DNA of 61,881 bases, filler included, from Asterionella formosa (GCA_002256025.1; 5 parts of 5 records of this genome joined end to end with filler, not necessarily neighbours in it); one strand, 5' to 3'; shown: positions 12,891 through 25,539, numbered from the whole stretch's first letter. Notes: generated by a model from the sequence alone, not told the origin. Translations and numbers: made by a program.

Positions 12891-13719
12891 CGATTTTTGT
12901 GTTAGAAATTGATACCAGGCACGCGCGTTCTCTCGACATAACACAACTGCTGCCTTCAGCAATACGAAGTCGATTTCGGCTTATGGTAGAACTCATGCTT
13001 GAGGATGTGCTTGAGTTGATCTTTGAATCATTGTTGACGCTCGAAGTAAGTCATAACCAAGCGAATCAATTATTTTTTGTTCTTTTTATTGTTCCATTCA
13101 AACACTTGTTGCCACGCATTGTCAATCAAGCAAAATGACAATCAACCTCAAATCTTCGCTCTTTGGCGGAAACCGCTTGATCTTGTGGATGAGTTATCAC
13201 AAGTTTTAGGAAATTCTTTAAGGTCTTGAAACAGGCAGTGACATTCATCAACAGCACGTTGAACGGTTTTATCGAGTTTTCTCAGGAAATCCACATCCGC
13301 TGATACTGATTTTCAAAGGAACATGTCATGAGTACAATAATGCTTCAGCCACCTCACCATGATTTTGTAGAAGGTGTCAAAGTACTGAGTATCTGGGTGC
13401 ATTGCAACGTTCGTCCAGTCAGACAAGACGATATCAATAAGGCATATTCTGAAGCAATAGGAGAACAAGCAAGCAATCTGCTGGACTGAAGATATATGTG
13501 TTAGCCATGTCACAGGATTTACTGAAATCAATCAACAAGCTTCCTCTGAGCGTCAATTGATCATATCTTTTGCTGTAAGACTCCAAATGTCGACCTGGCT
13601 TGTAAGGATACACAAAGAGGTTTGAATCTTGATGTTTAGTATGTTGTTATCCTTCATCAATGGGACCACTGGAACTTGAGAGGACATCAACATTTTTAAT
13701 TCTAATCTTTTTGAATTCA

Positions 13720-13820
13720 AAGTGAAGTATCTGACTAGAAGTAGTAGTATTTGTTGAATATATGAGTTTACTTGTTAATCCTTGTGTGTAACTCGTTCTC
13801 TAAGTCGACACCAAAGTATA
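13720..13820. repeat. Dispersed repeat (homologous copy at ~35362-35457)
   Basis: GTGAAGTATCT(G/A)ACTAGAAGTAGTA(G/A)TATTTGTTGAATATAT shared between two scaffolds. Confidence 0.75.
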
Positions 13821-14256
13821 TACAATATGGGTTAAGTCGATTTCTCTCATTATTGAGTTCTGATATATATCATATAACACTAACCCTATATACATCTGTA
13901 TTGCCGTGCAAGATCGCTCACCATGTACCAGGTACCCTGTCGATGACGAACCTCGCTTACTCGAGTGCGCGCTGTCGTATGTCACACAATGTTCAATACC
14001 CCGCCCAGCTTGCCATCTCTCGGATGACGACGTTTGATGGAGGAGGGAAAAAAAAAAGCAAGTCAGGAATTCCATATGTGTGTAAGTACCCGGGGCTCTA
14101 TATATAATTGTGGACTATGTACTGGCATATTTTTTACAATGTTATACATCATTATGTATGGAGGTATAAAAACTACAAGCAACACCGCATCAAAATACTA
14201 TCGGTAATACATATTGCTATTGATTGATACACAACAACTCGCCTACCGGTGCCATC

Positions 14257-17200
14257 ATGCCGTATTACGCCCCTCAACAAGCAAAGGGCACGAGGCAACA
14301 GCAACATCGACTTCAAGAAACAGAACAATGGCAGCCGTCGAGAGATTTCATGTTGAGCAAGAGTTTGGGTGATGTGCCTGGCGCCTTTTTCGCCTCGCTG
14401 GAAGGAAATTCAACCAACAGGTACGCGACTTTTGAATGACACATCCTGAAATACAAGCTTGTGCGGGAGAACTGGCTGTTCTTGCTGTTCAGGATTGTTA
14501 CTGATACTGAAAATATGCATGCATCTCATCTTGCAAACGCTTCTCTTGACAGAGCAACCAATGAATCCATTTCCAAGATTGCCTACAGCGGATATCTGCT
14601 GAAACGTTCGAATCATTCCTATCCAGATCTCATGGAAGAGCCTCCTTTCATAGCTCCTGCTCCTGCTCCTGCTGCTGCTGCTGCTCATTTAGTAGATGAG
14701 CCTGATTCTGATACGAATGCCGATGAATCCGTTCCCTACACATTACCTTCAATACTGCATCACGACACTCCCTCGTCACCCACCAACGACAATGAACGAG
14801 TCCAACATTCAGCCAATCTCATGGCATCGTTTTTTGGCATGTCACCTGCTATTGAGCAATTTCTGATTGACGGCGAAACTAACTTCACGCCCACCACAGT
14901 AACACCCTTGCTGCAATTACCAACAAGAATCCAACAACACTCGCCAAAGAGTGCTCCGATTTCATTTGCGCGCAACAAAAGACAATCATCTGCTTCCAAC
15001 AGAAATCCGTTCACGACTCCAATATTGCCTCCAGAAAATATTCGTCACAAAGATGGACACTTATGGCGTGCTAAGTACTGTGTCCTACAAGACGGAATCT
15101 TGTACTTTTACCGCAACGCCTCCGATGGTTTATCCACAGATGCGAATTTGGAGCGCCTGTCATCATGTGAAGAGACGCCACAGGATTTGTCCAAGTCGCC
15201 AATGCCTCGAGGATGGAAGTATAGTGATACTGGAGATTCCTCTCGCAATCAAGATGCCAAGGATGTCATTTGGGAAAAACGAGTTGCCTTGGACCGTGTT
15301 GGTGTAGTTAGATCGGCGGAAGTGGAATATGGAGCATGCTCCTTTGAGTTGTTGGCCATTCCTGACGAAGCTGGGGGCGTTAACAATGACAAGTTGGTGT
15401 TGAGAGCGAGCAATTCGGAAGAAATGAATGAATGGCTCTTTCAATTTCACATGTCCTTGGGGTCCATCATGAAGAATATTGTGGATGCCTTTCGACCATC
15501 AACAGCTGGCATTGACTTTGCTTATCAATCACCATTTCGTACCAGAGGGAGGATGATTTTGCCGTCAGAATCTTCACCAAGGTTATTAAAACAATCATCT
15601 TCAAATTTGAGTGCATCCTTGTCTCATGGGCATGGACGAAGTGGAATGCATCGACGTCGGAGTGGTAGACCAGATAGTGCAACAGCTGTATCACCTGCCA
15701 GCGATACAGCCATTGCTGTTAGAGAAATTATTTTGACACAATCGCCCGAAAGTAACGGGTCGCCAGTTCAATTTGCCTTTGAAACAATACCGTTCATGCC
15801 CAGAATTGTGCCTCTGTCGAGGGAATCGTCAACGACAACAGTCCCGGTCATACATTTACACGCTAACATGGATACTTCTCCCGAGATTTCGGGTGTAATT
15901 AATCCAGAAACTGAACGGCCGCCTGCTGTAACGCCCATTCGTAGTGGCGTCTACGTACCGCCTCATCTTCGGAGTAGGACGCTAGAAAGGCCGACACCGA
16001 AACGCTATGTGCCGCCGAGTATGCGCAATAGATTTGATAATGAGCAAAGAACTTCTCTATCATTAGAGGAATTGGCAATTAGGGCGCAAGTTGTAAGTCC
16101 AATACCCGCCCATGTTGAGATTGCTCTTGTCATAGACGAGCCAGCTATTCTTTGTACGATGGATATACCGGCATGTGTCCTCGGCGGTTGCGCCGACCCT
16201 TCTGTTGCTATTGGTTCAATCATGGACCCCATGTATACGAATAGGAAAGCATCTAAAGTTGAGAAAGTTTCTACTAAGGCCTTTGGCTGCTTTGGTGGTG
16301 GACATTCAGTGGACACTAATGCTGTACAGTGGGAAATCGGCGCCATTTCAGAATGTGGTATCCGCGAATCACAAGAAGATTCATTTCTTATTTGTAATGA
16401 TTTGATCAAGACATTTGAAGACTTACCAGAAAGCGTTGGAAAGGAAATTCCTTCATGGTCGCAATCAGGACACAAACCGGGTGTTTTTGCTATTTTCGAT
16501 GGCCACTGCGGAAACCAGGCCGCTCGCTTTGCCGCAGAAAAGTTCCCTTACTATTTGTGCGAGAAATCGAAATCCAACTGTGGTTCATATCCTTCCAATC
16601 CGCAAGATGTGGCGGGGGTGTTGGAGCGTGCAATAAGAAAGCTTGATGATGACTTTTGTCGCATCTGTATTGACGATGGTCGTGATTGGGATTGCGGCAC
16701 TACTGCACTTGTTGTGGCGATTGCCAACGGGCACGTGGTAATTGCCAACCTCGGTGACTGCCGTGCGGTCATGTGCCGATCAGTTGAAATGTGTCTACTT
16801 GATAACACAATTGAAGCTCAACTAGAAACTGATGGATGGACTCAAGATGAATATGATGTTTCTAGTAAGTGGGAGTTTGCTGTTGGCAACGAGTCAAGTA
16901 AAAGCAAGGCGTCGAGTCGATGGTGCTATTGGAAGGAGGTTTCAGATGTGCATGACCCTTCACGCGAAGACGAGCGCAAGCGAATTGAAGATGCTAACGG
17001 GTGGGTAACAATAGAGAAAGAAATTCCCATCGGACAACTGCAGCGTATGGACTTGTATGATGAAGATGTGAAAGAAATACTTATACGGTGCTTTACAGAT
17101 CGTTTCCAAGAACCTCAATCGACTTCAACATCGAAGAAGGCCTGCAATGCTGCTCCTCAACGAATATTGCAAATCTCGCGAGTGTGCGGCGAGCTAGGAG

Positions 17201-17604
17201 TGAGTCGAGCGATCGGAGATCGCGATTTCAAAGCTGCGTTCAACCAAACTGATACTTCCAATGTTGAATCTATCTGGTGGAAGTGTCCTCTGCCCCTTCC
17301 GTACGACGATGAGCATTCTCGTCAATTCAAGGGCGATTTAGTCATTTCTATGCCGGACATTCAAATGGTTCAACTATCTCAGAAAGTTGTGATCGATGAA
17401 TTTTTACTTTTAGCATGTGATGGGTTATGGGATGTCATGGATGCTGACGATGCGATTCGAATTATCCGAGGCCTCTTATTTGAGAAAAAGTGGCCAGCGA
17501 AAAAGGCAGCTGCTCGACTTGCCGAGGTCGCAATTCATCTTGGCTCTTCTGATAATATTACTGTTATTGTGATCCGATTCTTCACCAGTGTTGACGACCA
17601 TTAA
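14257..17604 (+). CDS. PH-domain + PP2C (PPM) Ser/Thr phosphatase; exons 14257-14420 and 14493-17604
   Basis: Split PH motifs (YSGYLLKR, WRAKYCVLQDGILYFY, LRASNSEEMNEWL). PP2C motifs RESQED, FDGHCG, GTTA, NLGDCRAV, VSRAIGD, ACDGLWD, GSSDNITV. An in-frame GT-AG intron at 14421-14492 joins the upstream ATG exon. Confidence 0.88.
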
Positions 17605-17997
17605 GCCCCAACTTGGATGTAATCGATTCAGAAGTATGGACAGTAGATTGCTACCCCTGGAAGCTTGAGTTGATCCATACATCTTGTGAAGAGGGCAGAA
17701 GCAAGCGAACTGAGGTCCGTAAAGATCATCAAAAGGCACTCATGGCCATGGGAACCACTACCAACGTTCATTCCCAAGCCTACCAACGAATCAAAATGGT
17801 TTGGGAACACTTTTTAAAATATTGTTGTTCCTCCCAATACGGAGCTATGGTAGAGCGAGTTGAAAAGGCAAGAAATTCATGGAAAATTGTGCGGAAACTC
17901 CTCGTAGCGAGACCAATGATGCCTAAAAAGGTGTGTTATGTGAGTTCGAAATGTGTTCGTATCTGCCTTGCACCAGAAGCAGCTGAACAATCGATAT

Positions 17998-19915
17998 TCA
18001 ATTCATGGGAACGGAACCTCCCAATCCCTCGGCCCCTTTGGAAGAACCACACATTTCACAGTTGGCTCGACTCCGTTTTTTCTTTTCGTTGTGAAATGTA
18101 CATACGCCGCATGTCCAGGGACCTTGAAAGGAAGGAGATTTATTCCGAATCACTGGCAGCGACGTGTGCCTTGGTCCGCAGTACATTTTCGAACCTGGTG
18201 TTTCGGTGGCAACACAGACTTTTGTGGACGACGATGCCGGTAGTCGTGCGGCAATGGCTACCTCGACAGAACCCTTGAGTTTCGACGATACAGTTGGAAC
18301 AGAATGCTGACGGCTCATCATACTTAGATAGTGATTCAATGGGTCTCCGTGATTGCAACGATCAAGCTGTTTGTGGTCTGGTTTCTGGACCGAATTTGTG
18401 GATGCAATTGGTGCCGTCGTTTGTGGAGCAAAATGTTCTGGCGCGGAGGGAATAGTGGGTGGTTGCCCTTTGATATATGGATTCACAACCGATACAGCAT
18501 ATTGCGACGAAACTGGACCTAGCATTGGAGAAACAACATTTGATAGAGGAGATTGACGACTCAATGGATTCATATTCTCCTTCACTTGGTCAATACTTCC
18601 ATAGCTTTCATCTCGTTGTCTGAAATGCCTTGCGTCTGTCTTGGAAGACCGTATCTGTGGAGACAATCTAGCGGGAGGCATAGTGGTTGAAGAAGTTGAA
18701 TTTTTCTCCCCCTTGGCATAAGGATTCACAATATCTACCGATTGCATTGCCATTTGAGGTGACGGAGCAATAGGGAACTTAAGTGTCAAGGAAGTTGTCG
18801 ATTTCGGACTAATGGAGGCTGTCGAATTCGAATCTTCTTCCGAAACTGGATTTAGTTTTTGGAATTTCTTCTTCTTTTGTTCCATCAGCATCTTGGTCAT
18901 GGCTGCGAAGTTATTGTTTAATTTGTCATCAAATGCTTGGTTCCCAGATGAAATGTTGGCTTTCGTGTCATCCTTCCCGGCTGCCTCACGGCTTCTCTTA
19001 AGCATTCCCATAATAGCAGATTGGCCATAGCCTCCATTCATCATGGTGTGACGCTCTTCAAGCTTTGGGAGCGAGTGCAAAGTGAGGGGGTGGATGGCAA
19101 ATTGCAACAGTATTATTGAAAGCACTTATAAAAGACTCTACCTTTTTTGCCTGCTCTCTTTTGTTAATTTCTTGAGCTATCTCTGATGCTGGCCGAGGAG
19201 TAAACGAATCACACTCAGCATTGTAGAGGGATGTGAAAGCTTGATGACGAGCTTTGAGAGTAGCTGCATCGCCAACGTCATTCAATCCGTCCTTACGACA
19301 AAGGTCTGCCAACTTATTCTTGTTCATACCCATATAGTGTGTGTTCGGTCGTTTCTTGCGAAGAACAGGCACTTCCATCGGTGTTTTTGTAGGAGGTACG
19401 AAGGTAACATCCCCTATAGCAGCGGAGCCAGATCGAGTAGTGCGACGGCGCTTTTTGTTGTCCAGGGGAACCGCTTCTTCCGATTCAATAGTACCAGTTT
19501 GTTCATCTGGTATAAAATCTTCATTCCCTTGACAGCTCTTTCGAAGTGCCTCCTTTAATTGATCCCGCAAGCCCTTGTATTGACGTACCATGGTGTCGAC
19601 AGTCCGATTGGGCTGCAGAGTCTTCAAGTCACGGGGTATGTCTTGTCGACAAACGGGACACTTGGCTTCGCGTTTCAATGATGCCAGTCCAGATTTGACG
19701 TGCGCCCGGATGCATTCACTGCAAAATGAATGCTGGCAGGGATGTATCGAAACAGGAACGTGCAGAAGCTCGCCACAAATGGGACATCGAAAGGTTTGCT
19801 CAAATGTGCAGAGTGACGAATGCAAAGTGTTCTTGGCACTAAAGGGTGGACGTATCCACACTTGTTCGTCGTCGATATCCCCAAGTAGATTCGTTACGAC
19901 GGTGTTGAATGACAT
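17998..19915 (-). CDS. RAD18: RAD18-like E3 ubiquitin ligase (RING-HC, SAP-like region, C-terminal RanBP2-type zinc finger); intron 19063-19141
   Basis: CPICGELLHVPVSIHPCQHSFCSECIR...CPVCR RING; SAP-like L..LC...GL..G....LKARH followed by LYNAECDS as in Rad18; phase-0 GT-AG intron joins the two ORFs; WTCGVCTFHN...CEMCG. Confidence 0.75.
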
Positions 19916-20893
19916 GAAGCGAGGAGGAAGAATTGAATTGTTCCAGATGGAATGGTTTGCACTTGATACACTTGCGCTCCTCTCATCTCTGCTACACGTA
20001 GGTTGGTAAACATTAAAAAATTTAATTAGAACATAACAGGGTACATCATTGCATTTTGTTACCATGGGTATAATCACATCTAATACTACGATATGACTGT
20101 ATGTTTACAGTACTCCGAGCAAGCAGTCGAATATATAATATCTTATACATAATAAATATACTTACTACAAGTCATTGCTTTTTATGTCTGTAGGATGACA
20201 ATGAAAAACAACGAGCATTAAAAATGGCGCGCCTCCCGCCCTCCCCCATGTACCGGTACGTATTTAACCCATACCGGTATGCTGTTACCCTGGTACATTA
20301 AAAGTGCAGCCAATACGTAAATCTGATGTGTACATGATATTATGCATAAGTACTAGCAGCAAATAGTCAGGGTGGCACTTTGAGGCGTTCACGTTCGATC
20401 TTGCCAAAAATGGATTTGAGTCCACTTTTATTTTAATATCATGATACATCAACATTTGCATATCATTCTGTCAGCAATGAAATTAGAGCACGGTAGGAAA
20501 GGAAGTCTACCAAAATATTACATCAAGAAAAGAACAGGGCAACATTTGTTGATGTATGACAACATGTTAGCGATCACAAATAGTGCATCGTAATTAAGGT
20601 CCAAATCATTGCTAAACACGTGAAAAGGCATATAGACTCGGGGTTGCTCAAAATCCATCTTAAGGCTTCTAAAGCAAATGACAGTTTCTCCCTAGACCTT
20701 GAAAGTGGAAAAAGACCCCATTGCATGGAAGAAAACTCACACATCGAGAGAATGAATGCGCTTAGTCACCCTTTTCTGGAGAATCTGAATGTGGCCTTGA
20801 TGGCTTCGAATTAGAACCTGAAGAAGCAGATGATGGACTTGGATAGAAATCTGTAGAAGGCGATGGGCAATTCGTTGTTGGAGAAAGTGGTGG

Positions 20894-21508
20894 TTAGTTG
20901 GTGTTTGGCTTGTCGTACTCTAACGTCCCGTGAAATGGAATAAATGAATTTTGAAATTTACCTGACGATGGTGTTGGTCCTGGCGTTGTTGTTGGAGCAT
21001 TCAATTTGGATGCATTGGATTTTTTAAATCCAAAAATGAGTCCAAATACTAGAGCTAGAAATACAACAAGTATAATGGCAACAGCAAAGCGGAACCGTCG
21101 GCTATGATAGACAATTTTCCAAGCGTCTTTTTCCAATTTCGATTCCTCCACAGCTTCGCCAAAAACTAAAGAAGTGCCATCATCCCTCGGAAGACCTTCC
21201 CTACTAGGAGTAACAACGGCGTCGTGGTGTTCCACCAATTCGGCATTGACAAGGACATCTTCCTCTTGAATTCTTGTGATGGTGCTCATGGCGTCATCTT
21301 GTTGGGGACGTCGTGTGCCTATCGGAAATGCCCCCGGTGTTGATCTATCTCGACGTAGGGAAGGGGGAGCGAGTCCAGGTTCACAATGAGGAGTTGCAAT
21401 ATTGTCAGCCTTTTCCTGTTGCATTTCTTGGTGCTCGTTTTCTTCCTCTTCTTGTTTGTCGGCAGTTCTCATTTCGACATCTCCAACCTTTTGGTCTTTA
21501 TTAGACAT
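20894..21508 (-). CDS. Single-pass membrane protein N-terminus of diatom receptor-like type (possibly first exon or truncated)
   Basis: Acidic N-terminus with TPGAF and LVNAELV motifs, TM FAVAIILVVFLALVFGLIFGF, then a PT-rich linker. No ectodomain recognisable downstream. Confidence 0.55.
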   Translation of the reverse strand: MSNKDQKVGDVEMRTADKQEEEENEHQEMQQEKADNIATPHCEPGLAPPSLRRDRSTPGAFPIGTRRPQQDDAMSTITRIQEEDVLVNAELVEHHDAVVTPSREGLPRDDGTSLVFGEAVEESKLEKDAWKIVYHSRRFRFAVAIILVVFLALVFGLIFGFKKSNASKLNAPTTTPGPTPSSGKFQNSFIPFHGTLEYDKPNTN

Positions 21509-22251
21509 GATCGATTTATTTTGACAGTGCTCGACACACCTGGTACCAGGTACCGTTATATCAGCTATACGATTAGTCTACAAGACCACAAGAAAATCAG
21601 TTCAACAATCACTCGTCCTCAGCATTTTCTTGGGTCGTACCGCCCAGTGAACAACTACTGTGACCCACTGAACAGAAGAAAAGCACGGTTTGACCTCACC
21701 AAATGCCGATACTGGTATGTTAATTTTTAAACTTCGACCCAAATCCTGAGCACCTACGGTTAAGGCTGCGGTACCGGCATGCGATGAAAATACTGCCGGA
21801 ACACGGATTTCCCCATATAGATACAAAAATTATATCGCATTCGATTTATCTGATTCAAGTCATATCCCTATCCCTGTCTCCTGTTATTGCATAAGTAACT
21901 TGGCTGAGCATTCCTAGACGGGCACTCCAAGGTATCGTAGACCCACATACCATCATTATCCCCAATTACCAGGTACTCCCTCTGTCTACAGTAGTAACAG
22001 TTGCATCGATAATTCAAATTTATCCGGGGCCATTTTGATTCTTACGACTTTCTCCGGCTCAATAGCCCTATGGTACAGCTTGCTCGAAGCTACGGATCCA
22101 TGTATATATAATATATAGAAAGATTAAAATTGGCAACTACATTTGAAAAAACGTTTTTCGTCTTTTTCGACTTCCACTTTTGCTCATCTTGAGCGAAATG
22201 CAGATGCCTGACCCCCCTTTTTTCTAGCCACCACCTCTTCTCAACAAGCAC

Positions 22252-23678
22252 ATGAGAAAAGGATCTAACACCAGAAGAGCATCAACTAAAGTTGGATTAT
22301 GGTTTACAGAACCTCCAAAAAGGACCTGATGGAGGGGACGAAATAGATAGTTGGCTCATTTTAGTGCGTGGAACCGTTAAATTTTTGGTGGGCCGGTTCA
22401 AAGTTGATAAAACAACTATACAATGTATTTGGAACCGCGCGCTCGAATCCTATTAAAATGATGATACTTACGTGTTTGCATCACTTTCCTGCAAATTATT
22501 GACTGGGTATACTTGCAAATACCCACGTGAAGAAATAATTGCAGCGATTAGAGGTATTCCATATCGCAAGCGTACTATGTATCGTAAATTAGCAGCTGCT
22601 CTTGCCCTTCCCAAGTCAACAGTTTTTTGGATTGCAAAGGATAACAGAGAGAATGTAAGCAATACGACCGCACACAAGTGAAGTCAAGTAAGCAATACGA
22701 CCGCACACAAGTGCAGTCAAGCCGATGCTTTCGGAGGAGGGTAAGATAAGTCGTTTTATGCATTGTGTTAATCATTTACAATTGAACCATCCAGATCAAG
22801 AACATCCTTCCCCTGACGTTGATTTTGATTCGGGACTGTTTGGTTACTATAATGGCTTCTACGACCAGGTCCATATAGATGAAAAGTGGTTCTTTGTTTC
22901 AGAAGGAAAGTTGAAAATATATCTGGCTCATGGAGAAGAGGCTCCCAAAAGGCGGACAAAACATAAGGAGCATATAGAAAAGGTCATTTTCCTTTCTGCT
23001 GTGACAAGTCCGCGTTTTGACGACGAAAAAGTGTGTACGTTTGATGGTAAAATTGGAATTTGGCCATTTGTGCACCAAGTGGCAGCGCAAAGAAGTTCAA
23101 TTTATCGACCAGTAGGGACAATGGAAACAAAGTCACTCCCAGTGACAAAAATGTCATATGCTGACATGATTGTTGATAATGTTTTACCTATGATAAAAGC
23201 GAAGTGACCTGATGGAAACAAACGAATATATCTACAGCACGACAATGCTTCAACACATTTTGGTTCCGATTTTGCTCCCTTTGTAGCAGCTGCAACAGAT
23301 GAAGAATGGTATATTCGATTGACTAGGCAACCCGCAAACAGTCCGGATTTGAATATCAACGATCTATCTTTTTTTAGGAAATTACAGTCAGGTCAATGGG
23401 ACTCTGTGGAAGAAGCCCACAACGACATCGACGGTTTGATAGAGGCAGTGCAGGCAGCATTCGTTCTTTTTAACCAACCAAATTAAATTGTTCTTTCTTA
23501 ACATTACAGGGTTGCTTGGAAGAGATTATTTTGGTTAATGGCGACAACAATTATAATATACCTCACATTGGCTGGGAAGGCGGCTATGGAACGGGCGGGA
23601 ATTTTACCTGATAGGTTGTTAGCAGCTGGGGAAGGAGCAATTGAGTTGGCTAGCACATTTCTGGATGATCTTTTTTAA
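22252..23678 (+). pseudogene. DD39D mariner transposase
   Basis: HIDEKWF...FDGKIGIWPFV...QHDNA and QPANSPDLNINDLSFF, with 39 residues between the second and third Asp. TGA at 23205 in place of Trp. Frameshifts include a 31-bp tandem duplication near 22655-22720. Confidence 0.9.
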
Positions 23679-23861
23679 CAGTAGGGTGTAATGATAAGGG
23701 GTTTTTCGTCTCCGGCGCCATTTTGCATTGCTGCATTGGATCAAAAGACGTTCCCCCTTTTATATATATATATATGCTAGCACTGGTTGTTAATGGTTCT
23801 ATATGCATTGAACTTATAGTTTCTTTGACAAGTTGGATAACTACAGTTGGATTTTATTTAA

Positions 23862-24278
23862 CTACACAGCAGTAGGATTATGAAACGTAAAAAGAGCCGC
23901 TCCATAACCTTGCATATTCATTCTTCGTTTTGTTTGCTCCTTAGAATCTCGTAGTAGTTCAATAACTACAGCAGTACGATTAACATACTGCGCTGCCTCC
24001 TCGACTTTGTTATGCGCGATCCTCCTTGCAAGATACCCAACTCTACACCTTTGACCTTCTGGATGGAGATCACAGTCCATGGTCACCTCGATAGCATCCT
24101 CGAGTTCTTGGAGGATCTCGTACAACACAATACAGAAAGAGAAGAAAACCACAGAGCCAACCTTTACTGTTGATCCGCAACAGTGATGATGGGCGCAACT
24201 GCGACCATTGTTTCTGGCCATCAAGCCAAGGATCTGACCATCAGGAATGGGCGCCGCATCGGCAAAGTCAACATCCAT
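23862..24278 (-). CDS. Intact HIRAN-like Cys/His passenger ORF (138 aa), copy 3
   Basis: DGQILGL..RNNGRSCAHHHCCG..VKVG..V.F...EDAIEV...CRVGYLAR...YVNRTAVVIELL..S...GYGAALF, inside the TIRs. The HIRAN assignment is by eye. Confidence 0.7.
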   Translation of the reverse strand: MDVDFADAAPIPDGQILGLMARNNGRSCAHHHCCGSTVKVGSVVFFSFCIVLYEILQELEDAIEVTMDCDLHPEGQRCRVGYLARRIAHNKVEEAAQYVNRTAVVIELLRDSKEQTKRRMNMQGYGAALFTFHNPTAV

Positions 24279-25539
24279 TTTGACAAAAATGATGATGCAA
24301 AATCAATGCATTAGCATTGCTTGATATCTATATGCATGTAGCCAATGTATAAATATGTGTTAAATTGGTTTCGATTAACTTATATAGATGCTAAATATTT
24401 AATTTACAAAAACAGAGTATATGTTCACGTCTATGTAACTCATAAAAACGCATTTTTCCGAGTAAGCAGACCCTCACGTAGAAATTTGGTATGTTGGCTA
24501 CACAATCCTTCATATGCGAACAGTGAAGACACTGGTGGTGCCGGCGAATCGATGCAACTGTTACTAGACAGAGGGCGTACCTGGTACCTGGTACCTGGTA
24601 CACTGGAAGGTGCGGTAATTGCGCCATCTGCGCGCTTTTTTGGTTTGCAAGTACAACCGACCGTTGGAGTCGGCTGGCTTCTTATCCATGTTCGTCCTTT
24701 TAAGTATATTTAAATTATAACCGTACTTAGTNNNNNNNNNNNNNNNNNNNNNNNNNNNNNNNNNNNNNNNNNNNNTTAATTAATTAANNNNNNNNNNNNN
24801 NNNNNNNNNNNNNNNNNNNNNNNNNNNNNNNCGGACAAGTTCAATAGTTAATTCAAGTACAGTATACCAAATGCAGAAACGAGCGAGCGATATGAAAATG
24901 AAATACATTCTAATCAGAATCATTCTATAACTATAGCTATGTGGACAGAAGTCTGTTAAGCACATTTTCGTATCTCTTTCTATGCTGAATCTCAATAGTA
25001 GATGTAGTATCATGTGAGAATTGAAAATGAGAACGAGAACAAGTAGAATGTGTTTGTTTACGGGTTGATTGGCGAGATTGTCATGCTGAAGTGGACGAAA
25101 CGGATATACGTTGTGCGCTGTGTGCGGAAACATAACGAGTTCGAATGGTTTCTTCTCTCCTGTAAAATCTTAATTGAATGATTATGAACAAAGGTTCACT
25201 GCACATGACGATTACTCGAAGATATAAAGATCACTTGACCAACAAATTGAAGACGTTATCGCAAACATTCATTCCGCTTGTCATCGCTAGTATTTCGTTG
25301 TTGTTGCAAAAATCGGAGTGATGAGGGGCGGATGGAAATGACGAGCCAAATTACATTACTTGAACTGGTACATTATCCTACCAAGAAATTCGAATACAGG
25401 AATCAAATAGAAACAATACATATAATAATTAAATATATGTAATCAAAACGGTTACTATTTAAATTACGAGGGCATTTGTCACAATTATTAGATGATATAA
25501 CGAAAAATTATGATCAGATGATCATAATCCTATGATGCA

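Larger units (their letters stand above)
21976..24577 (+). mobile_element. Full-length DD39D (plant-mariner-type) transposon, 2.6 kb, two convergent genes
   Basis: TA|CTCCCTCTGTCTACAGTAGTAACAGTTGCATCGAT (21976-22010) and ATCGATGCAACTGTTACTAGACAGAGGGCG|TA (24548-24577): TIRs with TA target duplication. Confidence 0.9.

Noticed and set aside
17613..18278. 221-aa plus-strand ORF
   Set aside because: No recognisable motif, non-ATG start, and partly antisense to the RAD18-like 3' end.
17998..24278. Functional link between the RAD18-like gene and the nearby HIRAN-like ORF
   Set aside because: The passenger is inside a mobile element and its other copies are not near RAD18, so proximity is probably chance.
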